A stretch of DNA of 32,000 nt from Ketobacter alkanivorans (GCF_002863865.1 NZ_CP022684.1:766931-798930), one strand, 5' to 3'; positions 8,301-17,298 are shown, counted from the first letter of the stretch. The notes: generated from the letters alone by a model not told the origin. Made by a program: numbers and translations.

Positions 8301-9641
8301 ATGAACAATAATAAAGCAGCTCCGGCCCTATCCGCATCTGGGATATGGTCTGTAAAACGCAATCTCAGCGCACTGACTGAAGACAGCTCTGGCACTTTTT
8401 ATCTGATCAATGGCCTGCGTTTCTTTGGCATGATCTGGATACTTATTGCCCATACGGTGTTCGTGTACAGCCTGTATAACGGCAAAGAAATCTTCTTTCA
8501 ATCCCTAGAAAGCGCTCCGTTTTATCTATGGTGGATATGGAACGCAGATAAAGCTGTGGACCTGTTCTTTGTTGTAAGCGGATTCCTCATCAGCATCATG
8601 CTGCTGAAAGAGCAAAACAAAACCGGCGCTATACAGTTGAAACGGTTTTACTTTCGTCGCTATCTACGATTAACCCCCCTCTATGCCGTCATCGCCATTA
8701 TTTTCTGGGCCAGCGGAGCCCGTAATCATGAATGGATCTGGGCCAACCTGCTCTACGTAAACAACTTCCTGCACCCAGACAACATGGCCCTGCAATGGAC
8801 CTGGACCCTGGCAGTAGAAGAACAGTTCTATCTGCTGCTCCCCCTGATTCTGATTTTCATCGCCAAATCGCCGCAGCGTTCCTTTATGCAGACCATGCTG
8901 GGCCTATTGGTGCTGTCCTTATTGATCCGATTTGGTGTGCTCTACTACTACGATGAACTGTGGAATAGCAACTATCGGGACATGCTGTCAGACAAAGTCA
9001 TATCCATGACATTCTACGGCAAGCTTTACGATAACCTGGCCACCCGCTTCGGGCCACTGATCGTCGGTGTTATTGCCGGTTATGGATACTGTTTTCATCA
9101 ACATGCCATCCAGAACTGGGCACGAGCCACCACGTATCGGCCCCTGGCTCTGAACATTCTCAGCATGGCTGTCATTGTATTTTTTATGTACTTTCCGATT
9201 ATGGATACACGTTATAGTGAATCCAGTAATGGGTTGCGCCTGTACATCGTCTTCCACCGCACCATATTCAGCATCGCCTTTGCGTGGTTTATGATGTCGG
9301 TGTTTCTGCAACTAAGCCACGTGCGCTTTTTCTCCTGGTTTTACTCCCTGAAGATCTGGAATCCCTTAGGGCAGCTCACTTACTCCATATATTTGATTCA
9401 CTTGATGGTCATTCTGGTGGTGGTACACCCACTCAACAAATACATACAAACACTGGATCTACACCCTGCTCAGGCCATGCTCAGCACCGTGGGTCTGGGA
9501 GCGATTCTATCCCTGATTCTTTCTATTATTATCGGCATTCTGTGCTGGCTACTGATCGAAAAGCCGTTTCTGAATATGCGTGAGCTGTTTGAAGTAAACC
9601 GTGGCGCACCAAAACCGGTCCCCATGGAATCCAAGGGTTAA
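8301..9641 (+). CDS. Acyltransferase family 3 (OafA/YrhL-like) polytopic membrane protein
   Basis: 446 aa from ATG 8301, multi-TM. Hallmarks are WTLAVEEQFYLLLPL, YLRLTPLY and FFVVSGFLI. The ORF from 8109 overlaps the imuB 3' end and is probably only an extension. Confidence 0.85.
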   Translation: MNNNKAAPALSASGIWSVKRNLSALTEDSSGTFYLINGLRFFGMIWILIAHTVFVYSLYNGKEIFFQSLESAPFYLWWIWNADKAVDLFFVVSGFLISIMLLKEQNKTGAIQLKRFYFRRYLRLTPLYAVIAIIFWASGARNHEWIWANLLYVNNFLHPDNMALQWTWTLAVEEQFYLLLPLILIFIAKSPQRSFMQTMLGLLVLSLLIRFGVLYYYDELWNSNYRDMLSDKVISMTFYGKLYDNLATRFGPLIVGVIAGYGYCFHQHAIQNWARATTYRPLALNILSMAVIVFFMYFPIMDTRYSESSNGLRLYIVFHRTIFSIAFAWFMMSVFLQLSHVRFFSWFYSLKIWNPLGQLTYSIYLIHLMVILVVVHPLNKYIQTLDLHPAQAMLSTVGLGAILSLILSIIIGILCWLLIEKPFLNMRELFEVNRGAPKPVPMESKG

Positions 9642-9688
9642 CCTGACAGCATCAAAATTCATCTAGACCCACTCTCAACATGGCACTA

Positions 9689-9708
9689 TACTGTATATAT
9701 TTACAGTA
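9689..9708. promoter_or_regulatory. Second LexA (SOS) box TACTGTATATATTTACAGTA, embedded in a 38-bp palindrome (9680-9717)
   Basis: Perfect CTGT-N8-ACAG. The flanking arms ATGGCACTATACTGTA / TACAGTATAGTGCCAT are exact reverse complements (16 bp each, 6-nt centre). A plausible promoter is TAGACC (9664-9669)-N17-TATACT (9687-9692). Confidence 0.85.
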
Positions 9709-9715
9709 TAGTGCC

Positions 9716-12700
9716 ATGTTGTATTCCGAACTTCACTGTTTCACCAATTTCAGTTTTCTTAAAGGCGCATCCCATCCAGAAGAACTGGTGCAGCAAGCCA
9801 CTGCACTGGGTTACAGCGCCCTGGCCATCACCGATGAATGCTCGGTGGCCGGTGTTGTACGAGCACATGTAGCGGCCCGTGAGCAAAACAGCACTCAACA
9901 CAAGCTGAAGCTCATTGTAGGAACAGATGTCACCACAGTAGAACATTTGCATCTGGTGATTCTGGCCCCCACCCGTCATGCTTATGGGCAACTGTGTACA
10001 CTGATTACCCGCGCCCGCAGCCGTTGCACAAAAGGCCATTACCAATTGCGGGTAAAGGATCTGGAGCCTGCCACCAGCGAATGCCTGTTCATTTGGTTGC
10101 CATCGGCAAAACAATGCCAACAACTTGATGACACCTGCCAGAAGCTGCTGGCCTGCACAGGCAACAGGCTGTGGATCGGACTGGAAAACAACCTGAGGCA
10201 ACAGGATCACAACCTCTGTCAAAAGCGACAACTGCTGGCACAACAACTGGAACGCCCTGTGGTGGCCTGTGGCAACGTGCATTGCCACATACCAGAGCGC
10301 CAACCGCTGCAGGACATCATCACCGCCATTCGCCTTAACACCCACGTACACAGCGCCGGCTTTCAATTACACGCCAACCGGGAAACCAGCCTGCGACCTT
10401 TATCGTCTATTCAACCACTGTTTCCGCAAGAGGCCATCCAGCAAACCCAAATCATCCACCAACAGTGCGTTTTCTCATTAGATGAATTGCGCTATGAATA
10501 CCCCCACGAAGTGGTACCTCCCGGCCACAGTGCGCAATCCTGGTTACAGCAACTGGTAAAAACCGGTATCCGGGCGCGCTGGCCGCAAGGTATTAGCGAC
10601 AAACTCAGCGCCCAGATCAAAAAAGAGCTAGATCTGATTCACGAGCTGAATTACGAGTACTACTTTCTGACCGTCTACGACATTGTACAGTTCGCCCGCA
10701 GCCAGCAGATCCTGTGCCAGGGCCGAGGCTCCGCCGCCAACTCCGCCGTATGTTATTGCCTGTTCATCACAGAAGTCGATCCAGCCAAAAGCAACCTGCT
10801 GTTTGAGCGCTTTATCTCTCGGGAGCGTAACGAGCCGCCAGACATCGATGTGGATTTCGAGCACGAGCGACGCGAAGAAGTAATCCAGTTCATCTACCGT
10901 AAATACGGCCGCCAAAGAGCAGCCCTTACTGCCACGGTCATCCGTTATCGCATCAAAAGCGCCATCCGCGATGTCGGCAAAGCAATGGGGTTCGATCAAA
11001 CGCTGCTGGATCAACTGGCCAAATCCATTGGCTGGTGGGATAAACAGGATCAACTGCCTCAGCGTTTGCAAGAGCTTGGCATTAACATCAATAACCTCCG
11101 CATTCGACAGTTCAAGCAACTGGTGGACACCCTGCTGGGGTTTCCGCGCCACCTGTCACAGCACGTTGGAGGCTTCATCATCTCTGCCGGGCCATTGGAT
11201 CAGCTAGTGCCCATTGAAAACGCAACCATGGCCGATCGCACCGTGGTGCAATGGGATAAGGACGATATCGAAGCACTGGGGCTGATGAAGGTAGATGTCC
11301 TGGCACTGGGCATGCTTAGCGCCATCCGCAAATGCTTTGATATGCTATACAACCTGCGTGGACAGCGCTGGTCCCTGTCCAGCCTCCCCAGCGAAGATCC
11401 CCAAACCTATAAGATGTTGCAACAGGGTGACAGCATTGGCGTATTTCAAGTTGAATCACGCGCCCAGATGGCCATGCTGCCCCGCCTTAAACCTGCCTGC
11501 TTTTACGACTTGGTTATCGAGGTGGCCATTGTACGCCCCGGCCCGATCCAAGGTGACATGGTGCACCCCTATCTGCGCAGGCGACAAAAACTGGAGCCTG
11601 TAAGCTATGTCAGCAAAGAGGTGGAACAGGTACTAAAACGCACTCTGGGAGTGCCTATTTTTCAGGAACAAGTGATAGAACTGGCCATGGTAGCAGCCGG
11701 TTTCAGTGCCGGGGAGGCAGACCAGTTACGACGGGCCATGGCCGCCTGGAAACGCAAAGGGCAATTGCAACAGCACGAAGAGAAACTGGCAAAAGGGCTT
11801 CTATCCCGAGGCTATTCCACTGAATTTGCGCAACGCATCATCTCCCAAATCCGCGGCTTTGGGGAATACGGCTTTCCCGAATCTCACGCTGCCAGCTTTG
11901 CCCTGCTTGCGTACGCCTCTGCCTGGCTGAAATGTCACGAACCCGCCGCCTTCTGTTGTGCCCTGCTCAACAGCCAGCCCATGGGATTCTATTCCCCCTC
12001 ACAACTGATCCAGGATGCAAAACGCCACGGGGTTACAGTGCATCCTGTAGACGTACTGCACAGCACATGGGATCACACCTTGGAGAAAGAAGCGATCCGG
12101 CTGGGGTTCCGGCTGGTAAAAAACCTATCCCGCAGTGCAGCAGACACACTCATAAACCAAAGACAACACGCACCTTTCCGCTCTATGGCAGATCTGCAAC
12201 AACGCAGCAAACTCAACAAACGGGACATAGACGCCCTGGCTCACGCCAACGCCTTCGGCTCCCTAAACACACATCGCTTTCAGGCTCGGTGGGAAGTTCA
12301 GGGCCTGCAACAGGAATCAGCGTTGCTACAACAACAGCACCAGCAGGAAACCCCCATAGAACTACCCGCTCCTACCGAAGCCGAGAACCTCAATGAAGAT
12401 TATCATAGCCTGGGGCTGACCCTGGGCCGCCACCCCATGGCACTACTGCGGGATCACCCGGCACTTAAAGGCTACAAGCGACACAACGACCTTTACGCTC
12501 TGAGCCATAAACGTTTCGTGCGCATTGCCGGACTGGTCACCGGGCGTCAAAGGCCCGGCACGGCTACCGGCGTAGTATTTATTACCCTGGAAGACGAAAC
12601 CGGCAACAGCAACATTGTGGTTTGGCGGGATCTGGTGGACTGCAATCGAGCTGCCGTCGTGCATTCCCGCATGCTGAAAATCAAAGGCGTATTGGAACGC

Positions 12701-12793
12701 GAAGGCGATGTAATTCACGTGATCGCAGGCAGCATCGAGGACTGCAGCCATTTGCTGGGAGAGCTGGAGACCCAATCAAGGGATTTTCATTAA
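9716..12793 (+). CDS. dnaE2: Error-prone DNA polymerase DnaE2 (ImuC)
   Basis: The PHP-domain N-terminus is MLYSELHCFTNFSFLKGASHPEELV. Pol III alpha core motifs and about 1025 aa match DnaE2 rather than DnaE1. An SOS box lies directly upstream. Confidence 0.95.
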   Translation: MLYSELHCFTNFSFLKGASHPEELVQQATALGYSALAITDECSVAGVVRAHVAAREQNSTQHKLKLIVGTDVTTVEHLHLVILAPTRHAYGQLCTLITRARSRCTKGHYQLRVKDLEPATSECLFIWLPSAKQCQQLDDTCQKLLACTGNRLWIGLENNLRQQDHNLCQKRQLLAQQLERPVVACGNVHCHIPERQPLQDIITAIRLNTHVHSAGFQLHANRETSLRPLSSIQPLFPQEAIQQTQIIHQQCVFSLDELRYEYPHEVVPPGHSAQSWLQQLVKTGIRARWPQGISDKLSAQIKKELDLIHELNYEYYFLTVYDIVQFARSQQILCQGRGSAANSAVCYCLFITEVDPAKSNLLFERFISRERNEPPDIDVDFEHERREEVIQFIYRKYGRQRAALTATVIRYRIKSAIRDVGKAMGFDQTLLDQLAKSIGWWDKQDQLPQRLQELGININNLRIRQFKQLVDTLLGFPRHLSQHVGGFIISAGPLDQLVPIENATMADRTVVQWDKDDIEALGLMKVDVLALGMLSAIRKCFDMLYNLRGQRWSLSSLPSEDPQTYKMLQQGDSIGVFQVESRAQMAMLPRLKPACFYDLVIEVAIVRPGPIQGDMVHPYLRRRQKLEPVSYVSKEVEQVLKRTLGVPIFQEQVIELAMVAAGFSAGEADQLRRAMAAWKRKGQLQQHEEKLAKGLLSRGYSTEFAQRIISQIRGFGEYGFPESHAASFALLAYASAWLKCHEPAAFCCALLNSQPMGFYSPSQLIQDAKRHGVTVHPVDVLHSTWDHTLEKEAIRLGFRLVKNLSRSAADTLINQRQHAPFRSMADLQQRSKLNKRDIDALAHANAFGSLNTHRFQARWEVQGLQQESALLQQQHQQETPIELPAPTEAENLNEDYHSLGLTLGRHPMALLRDHPALKGYKRHNDLYALSHKRFVRIAGLVTGRQRPGTATGVVFITLEDETGNSNIVVWRDLVDCNRAAVVHSRMLKIKGVLEREGDVIHVIAGSIEDCSHLLGELETQSRDFH

Positions 12794-12807
12794 TAAGCAA
12801 CACAATG

Positions 12808-12837
12808 ACAAAAGCCTCCCACAAGAGAGGCTTTTGT
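12808..12837. terminator. Bidirectional rho-independent terminator between dnaE2 and ompW
   Basis: ACAAAAGCCTC / GAGGCTTTTGT form a perfect 11-bp stem with an 8-nt loop. A/T runs flank the GC core on both strands. Confidence 0.7.
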
Positions 12838-12870
12838 ATGTAGCAGATACGCTTTTAAAGCGCGGCAGGT

Positions 12871-13551
12871 TTAGAACTTATAACCCACACCTACCATATA
12901 AACCAAAGGATCGATATCCACATCGGTAGTGATCTTGTTGCCTGAATCCAACTTAATGGTGGCACTGGTATCAATATCGATGGTCCAGATAGCCGCGTTC
13001 AATACCAGGTTGTCAGACAGCTGATAATCGCAGCCCAGCTCGAAAGCCAACCCAAAAGAATCTTCCAGGCTAACATCGCCATCACCGAAAACAGCCTTGA
13101 AATCAGACGTCAGCTTTTCATCAAAGAAAGTAGTGTAGTTCAAACCTACGCCCAAATAAGGCTGAAACACAGAATCACTGGCCATAGGGAAATACTGAAT
13201 GCTGACCGTAGGGGGTAGATGCTTAAGATCGATGGCATCAAGATCATCACCCAGCCCCTTGGCCGTTACAGTATGAGAAAAAGGCGTCGCCGCCAGGACT
13301 TCAACACCAATATCGTCACTCAGCATATAGGTAAACGTCAGGCCTAACTGAGTATTATCATCAACATCAACAGAAGTATCGGATACTACATTGCCATTCA
13401 GAACCAGAGGTGTACTGCTGGCATCCGGATCGACCATTGCCAAACCGGCACGAGCAACCATGTCACCTTGTTGATACGCCAGCACAGAGCCAGACGCCAT
13501 TGCAACGCTCAATGCCAAAACAGATACTGAAGCTTTTAGTTTCACAGCCAT
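12871..13551 (-). CDS. ompW: Outer membrane protein OmpW family
   Basis: Signal peptide ...LSVAMASGSVLA. The pattern is beta-barrel-like, with LGVGLNYTTFFDE and a C-terminal VGVGYKF ending in F. Confidence 0.9.
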   Translation of the reverse strand: MAVKLKASVSVLALSVAMASGSVLAYQQGDMVARAGLAMVDPDASSTPLVLNGNVVSDTSVDVDDNTQLGLTFTYMLSDDIGVEVLAATPFSHTVTAKGLGDDLDAIDLKHLPPTVSIQYFPMASDSVFQPYLGVGLNYTTFFDEKLTSDFKAVFGDGDVSLEDSFGLAFELGCDYQLSDNLVLNAAIWTIDIDTSATIKLDSGNKITTDVDIDPLVYMVGVGYKF

Positions 13552-13684
13552 GTTATTCCTCTATTTTTTAAGTTAAAACAAGAATCTATAAATCTGGAAT
13601 GGCTGTAGTCTAAGGTTTAGAAAAGATGCAATAATGACTTAAATCAAAAAGCATTAAAGACCATATGGATAAGGAATGTACAAA

Positions 13685-14140
13685 ATGACTCAGATCAAGA
13701 TTTCGAAAATCAGTGCAATGTTTGTATTGACCACGAGTGTATTAATAGGGGGATGCGGCTCAAACCCAGTCGCAAGAGGTGTTATTGGTGGCAATCTGAC
13801 TGACTGCCCGAGCAGCCCTAACTGCGTTTCCTCACAAGCCAAAGATGAAGATCACCTATTCCAGGCCATCCCCTACACTGGATCAGCAGCACAGGCAAAA
13901 GATAAACTATTAGAGATTCTCGATGGTTACCCACGCTGCACCATCACCAAAAACGAAGACAACTACATCCGTGCAGAATTCACCACCGCCATCATGCGTT
14001 TTACTGATGACGCTGAATTTCTAATTCAGGAAGACAGCATACAAGTACGGTCAGCATCCAGAGTCGGCTACAGCGATCTTGGCAAAAACCGTAGCCGAAT
14101 GAATGAGATCAAAGACGCACTTGAACCTTGCTGTGAATAA
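13685..14140 (+). CDS. DUF1499-family lipoprotein
   Basis: Lipobox LIGGCG. CPSSPNCVSS and RSASRVGYSDLGKNRSRM are typical of DUF1499. I prefer ATG 13685 over 13676 because of its AAGGA spacing. Confidence 0.8.
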   Translation: MTQIKISKISAMFVLTTSVLIGGCGSNPVARGVIGGNLTDCPSSPNCVSSQAKDEDHLFQAIPYTGSAAQAKDKLLEILDGYPRCTITKNEDNYIRAEFTTAIMRFTDDAEFLIQEDSIQVRSASRVGYSDLGKNRSRMNEIKDALEPCCE

Positions 14141-14157
14141 GCCGGATTGGTGTTCAC

Positions 14158-15096
14158 TCAGGTGTTCGGATCCAAATAATCCTTGATTCGGTTCTGAACG
14201 GTAATGGCCAGTTTGTCGGGTTCGAATTTCGATAGAAACCCATCGCACCCGACTTTCTCCACCATCGCCTCATTAAAGCTGCCACTAAGGGAAGTATGCA
14301 GCACAACAAACAGATCCTTTAAGCGGGGATCATCACGAATCTCACGAGTCAAGCGATAGCCGTCCATTTCAGGCATTTCCGCATCCGTGATCACCATTAC
14401 CAACTTCTTAGGCACGTCGATCCCTTTGTCGGCCCAGCCCTTCAGCATTTTCAACGCCATAGCACCATCGCTGGCGGAAATCAGCTTAACACCTAACTGC
14501 TGCACTGTTTCACGCACCTGGGCAAGGCCCACCGTTGAGTCATCCACAGCCAGAATTTCAAGACCCTGCGCCCGGCTTACCAACTCCTGATCCAACACAT
14601 CGGGGTTTACCGTGGTGTTGTAAGGCGATACTTCCTGCAATACTTTCTCGACATCAATCACCTCCACCAGCTGATCATCCAGCTTGGTAATGGCAGTAAG
14701 ATAATGGGAACGCCCCGCACCTTTGGGAGGCGGCATGATTTCCTCCCAGTTCATGTTTACAATCCGATCCACAGACTTGACCATGAACGCCTGAATGGTC
14801 CTGTTGTATTCAGAAATGATGATGTTGCAGTTGGTACGATCCTGCAAAGGCCCGAGCCCAATGGCAGCCCCCAGATCAATCACTGGAATGGTGCGCCCTC
14901 GAGCGTGAGTAACGCCTATAATGTGGGGATGGCTTTGAGGCATGCTGGTGAGCTTAGGCATAGTCTGCACTTCTTGAATCTTGAACACATTCAATGCGAA
15001 CAAGCTCCCCCGCTGCAGCCGAAACAGAAGCAGCTCAAGACGATTTTCTCCCACCAACTTTGTACGCTGATCTACCGAGTCAAGTACGCTTGCCAT
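14158..15096 (-). CDS. cheV: Chemotaxis protein CheV (CheW-like domain plus receiver domain)
   Basis: The N-terminal CheW-like region is LELLLFRL...LFALNVFKIQEV. The C-terminal REC domain has ILAVDDS and MVITDAEMPEMDG. Confidence 0.9.
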   Translation of the reverse strand: MASVLDSVDQRTKLVGENRLELLLFRLQRGSLFALNVFKIQEVQTMPKLTSMPQSHPHIIGVTHARGRTIPVIDLGAAIGLGPLQDRTNCNIIISEYNRTIQAFMVKSVDRIVNMNWEEIMPPPKGAGRSHYLTAITKLDDQLVEVIDVEKVLQEVSPYNTTVNPDVLDQELVSRAQGLEILAVDDSTVGLAQVRETVQQLGVKLISASDGAMALKMLKGWADKGIDVPKKLVMVITDAEMPEMDGYRLTREIRDDPRLKDLFVVLHTSLSGSFNEAMVEKVGCDGFLSKFEPDKLAITVQNRIKDYLDPNT

Positions 15097-15127
15097 GGCC
15101 CTTCCATAATCAATAAAAATAACAGCT

Positions 15128-15144
15128 TACCTACAGTGTAGACC
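15128..15144. promoter_or_regulatory. Conserved 17-nt motif TACCTACAGTGTAGACC, copy 2
   Basis: Identical to 2534-2550. It lies in the divergent cheV / EAL-HDOD intergenic region, about 31 nt upstream of the cheV ATG. The adjacent 8-mer AGCCCTCA (15145-15152) also occurs next to copy 1 (2520-2527). Confidence 0.6.
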
Positions 15145-15264
15145 AGCCCTCACCGCCCCTCTTATTACCTTTTATTATAAAGAGTCAAAGCTACCCTCCG
15201 CCCCTCAGGGTTCAACTACACTCAATACATCCAATCTGAAACGACACCTTGCACAGAGACTCGA

Positions 15265-16482
15265 ATGGACTCCACTAACATTCTGCTAGCCAGACAGCCA
15301 ATTTATGATCGCGATCTAAACCTCCATGCCTATGAACTCCTGTTTCGACCACCACACCCGTCGGACTGGATATGGGATGGCGACATCGCCACCTCGCAGT
15401 TGGTTATTAATGCCTTTACAGAAATAGGCATCGATAAGGTCTGCGACAACAAAACCGCCTTCATTAACTTCACCCGTAAGTGGCTTATTTCACCACCGCC
15501 ATTTGATGCGCAACACGTTACCGTTGAAATTCTTGAAGACGTAGAACCGGATGAAGAAGTGATTGCCGGTGTAACCGCCATGGCCAAGGCTGGATTCACC
15601 ATCGCGCTGGATGATTTCGAGTTTGATGAAAAGTGGCATCCACTCTTAAAAATGGCAGACATCGTAAAAGTAGATGTACTGGCGCAGAAGGGTGAATCAC
15701 TGGAACAGCTGGTCGCCAAACTCGCACCCTACAACATAAGGTTGCTGGCAGAAAAAGTAGAAGACTACGATATGCTGGAACGCTGCAAGGCATTAGGATT
15801 TGAACTTTTTCAGGGCTTCTTTCTGGCACGGCCACAGAATGTGCATGGCGATAGCATGCCCACCAACAAAATAGTGGTTATGCGGCTATTAGCAGAACTG
15901 CAAAACCCGGATGCATCCGTAGCTAAACTCGAAGACATTATCTCCAATGATATTGCCCTCAGCACCAAGATCCTGCGCATCTGCAATACTGCCCAGTATG
16001 CAACTCAAAGCAAGATCGATAGCATCCGCCGAGCAGTCGTATTACTAGGCATGAATACCCTACGCCAGTGGTCCAGCCTGATTGCACTGTCGCGTATGTC
16101 CGATAAACCCAGCGAACTGATATGCCTCACGCTCAGCCGCGCCAAAATGATGGAACTGCTGGCCAAAGCAGTGGGCAAAGATAACCCGGACGCTTATTTT
16201 ACCGTAGGTATGTTCTCATTTATTGACGCTTTCTTTGATCAGCCCATAGAAACTTTGCTGCAATCCCTGCCTTTTGAGAACGCCATTAATGATGCATTGT
16301 TACATTATGAAGGGGATACGGGTAAACTACTGCGCTATGTCATTGCCCACGAACGGGGCCAATGGGAAGAAATCAATTGGACTTATCTCGAAGGCAACGG
16401 TATAAACGAAGCACTGTTCGAGCAAGCCTATATGGAAGCCCTGGTCTGGTCCACTGACGTCATGAAATCCCTGCTGGAATAA
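15265..16482 (+). CDS. EAL plus HDOD domain signal-transduction protein
   Basis: EAL-like N-terminal half: QPIYD...YELLFR, FINF, EILED, LDDFEF, VKVD, AEKVE, FQGFF. The C-terminal half is HDOD-like (...ISNDIALSTKILRICNTAQY...). Confidence 0.85.
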   Translation: MDSTNILLARQPIYDRDLNLHAYELLFRPPHPSDWIWDGDIATSQLVINAFTEIGIDKVCDNKTAFINFTRKWLISPPPFDAQHVTVEILEDVEPDEEVIAGVTAMAKAGFTIALDDFEFDEKWHPLLKMADIVKVDVLAQKGESLEQLVAKLAPYNIRLLAEKVEDYDMLERCKALGFELFQGFFLARPQNVHGDSMPTNKIVVMRLLAELQNPDASVAKLEDIISNDIALSTKILRICNTAQYATQSKIDSIRRAVVLLGMNTLRQWSSLIALSRMSDKPSELICLTLSRAKMMELLAKAVGKDNPDAYFTVGMFSFIDAFFDQPIETLLQSLPFENAINDALLHYEGDTGKLLRYVIAHERGQWEEINWTYLEGNGINEALFEQAYMEALVWSTDVMKSLLE

Positions 16483-16503
16483 CTGGAGCCACTCGCTTTT
16501 CCA

Positions 16504-17298
16504 ATGAGCATTAAATTGGTTGATATTGGCGTCAACCTCACTGATCACGCCTTTTCCGCCGACCGCGACAACGTCATTGCCCAAGCCTTCGAGGCTGGCG
16601 TGACCTCTTTGATCGTAACCGGTACAAACCTAAATGAATCACACCAAGCGGTGAAGCTGTGTCAGCAGTACAACCCTGGATTATGGTGTACGGCAGGCAT
16701 TCATCCACACCACGCCAAGGAGTGGAACGAGCATCACCTTGCCGAATTAAAGAATCTGACCCATGAACAATGTGTAGTTGCCATAGGTGAAACCGGGCTG
16801 GACTTTAATCGCAATTTCTCACCACCTGAGCAGCAGCTTTTTGCATTCGAACAACAACTGAAGCTCGCCGCTGAGGTGGCTTTGCCGGTGTTTCTTCACG
16901 AAAGAGACGCCCATACAGAACAATTAAAGCTGCTTAAGCAGTATCGCCCCCATATTCAAGGTGGTGTCATACATTGTTTTACCGGCAATCGCGAAGAACT
17001 GGAAAATTACCTTGAGCTGGATCTGTACGTTGGCATTACGGGTTGGATATGTGATGAACGACGTGGGCTACACCTCCAGGAACTGGTGAAATTGATCCCG
17101 GAAAACCGCCTGGTACTGGAAACGGATTCACCCTACCTATTACCTCGAACATTGCGACCAAAGCCGAAATCAAGGCGCAATGAACCTCGCCATCTGACTC
17201 ACATCAATCAACAAATCGCACAAATGCTTGAGTTGAGCGAATCCGAACTGGCAAAGCGCACAACGGACAATGCCAATAGACTGTTTAAACTGAATTGA
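16504..17298 (+). CDS. tatD: TatD-family metal-dependent deoxyribonuclease/hydrolase
   Basis: LVDIGVNLTDHAF, GIHPHHA, IGETGLDF, LPVFLHERDA, IHCFTG and ETDSPYLLP are the classic TatD motifs. Confidence 0.9.
   Translation: MSIKLVDIGVNLTDHAFSADRDNVIAQAFEAGVTSLIVTGTNLNESHQAVKLCQQYNPGLWCTAGIHPHHAKEWNEHHLAELKNLTHEQCVVAIGETGLDFNRNFSPPEQQLFAFEQQLKLAAEVALPVFLHERDAHTEQLKLLKQYRPHIQGGVIHCFTGNREELENYLELDLYVGITGWICDERRGLHLQELVKLIPENRLVLETDSPYLLPRTLRPKPKSRRNEPRHLTHINQQIAQMLELSESELAKRTTDNANRLFKLN

Noticed and set aside
9701-10366. 221-aa antisense ORF inside dnaE2. Similar long shadow ORFs are at 10628-11152, 11932-12396, 4579-5076, 5077-5679, 2845-3255, 15330-15719, 26166-26567 and 27533-27952.
   Set aside because: All lie fully inside well-supported genes on the opposite strand or in another frame. 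Their composition is biased (Arg/Pro/Gly/Cys-rich or low complexity), as is typical of non-coding shadow frames.
15097-15180. I looked for a sigma-28 promoter in front of cheV, since cheV is often FliA-dependent in other bacteria
   Set aside because: No GCCGATAA-like -10 with a TAAA 15 nt upstream is present. The best TAAA-N15 candidate is followed by CGGTGAGG.
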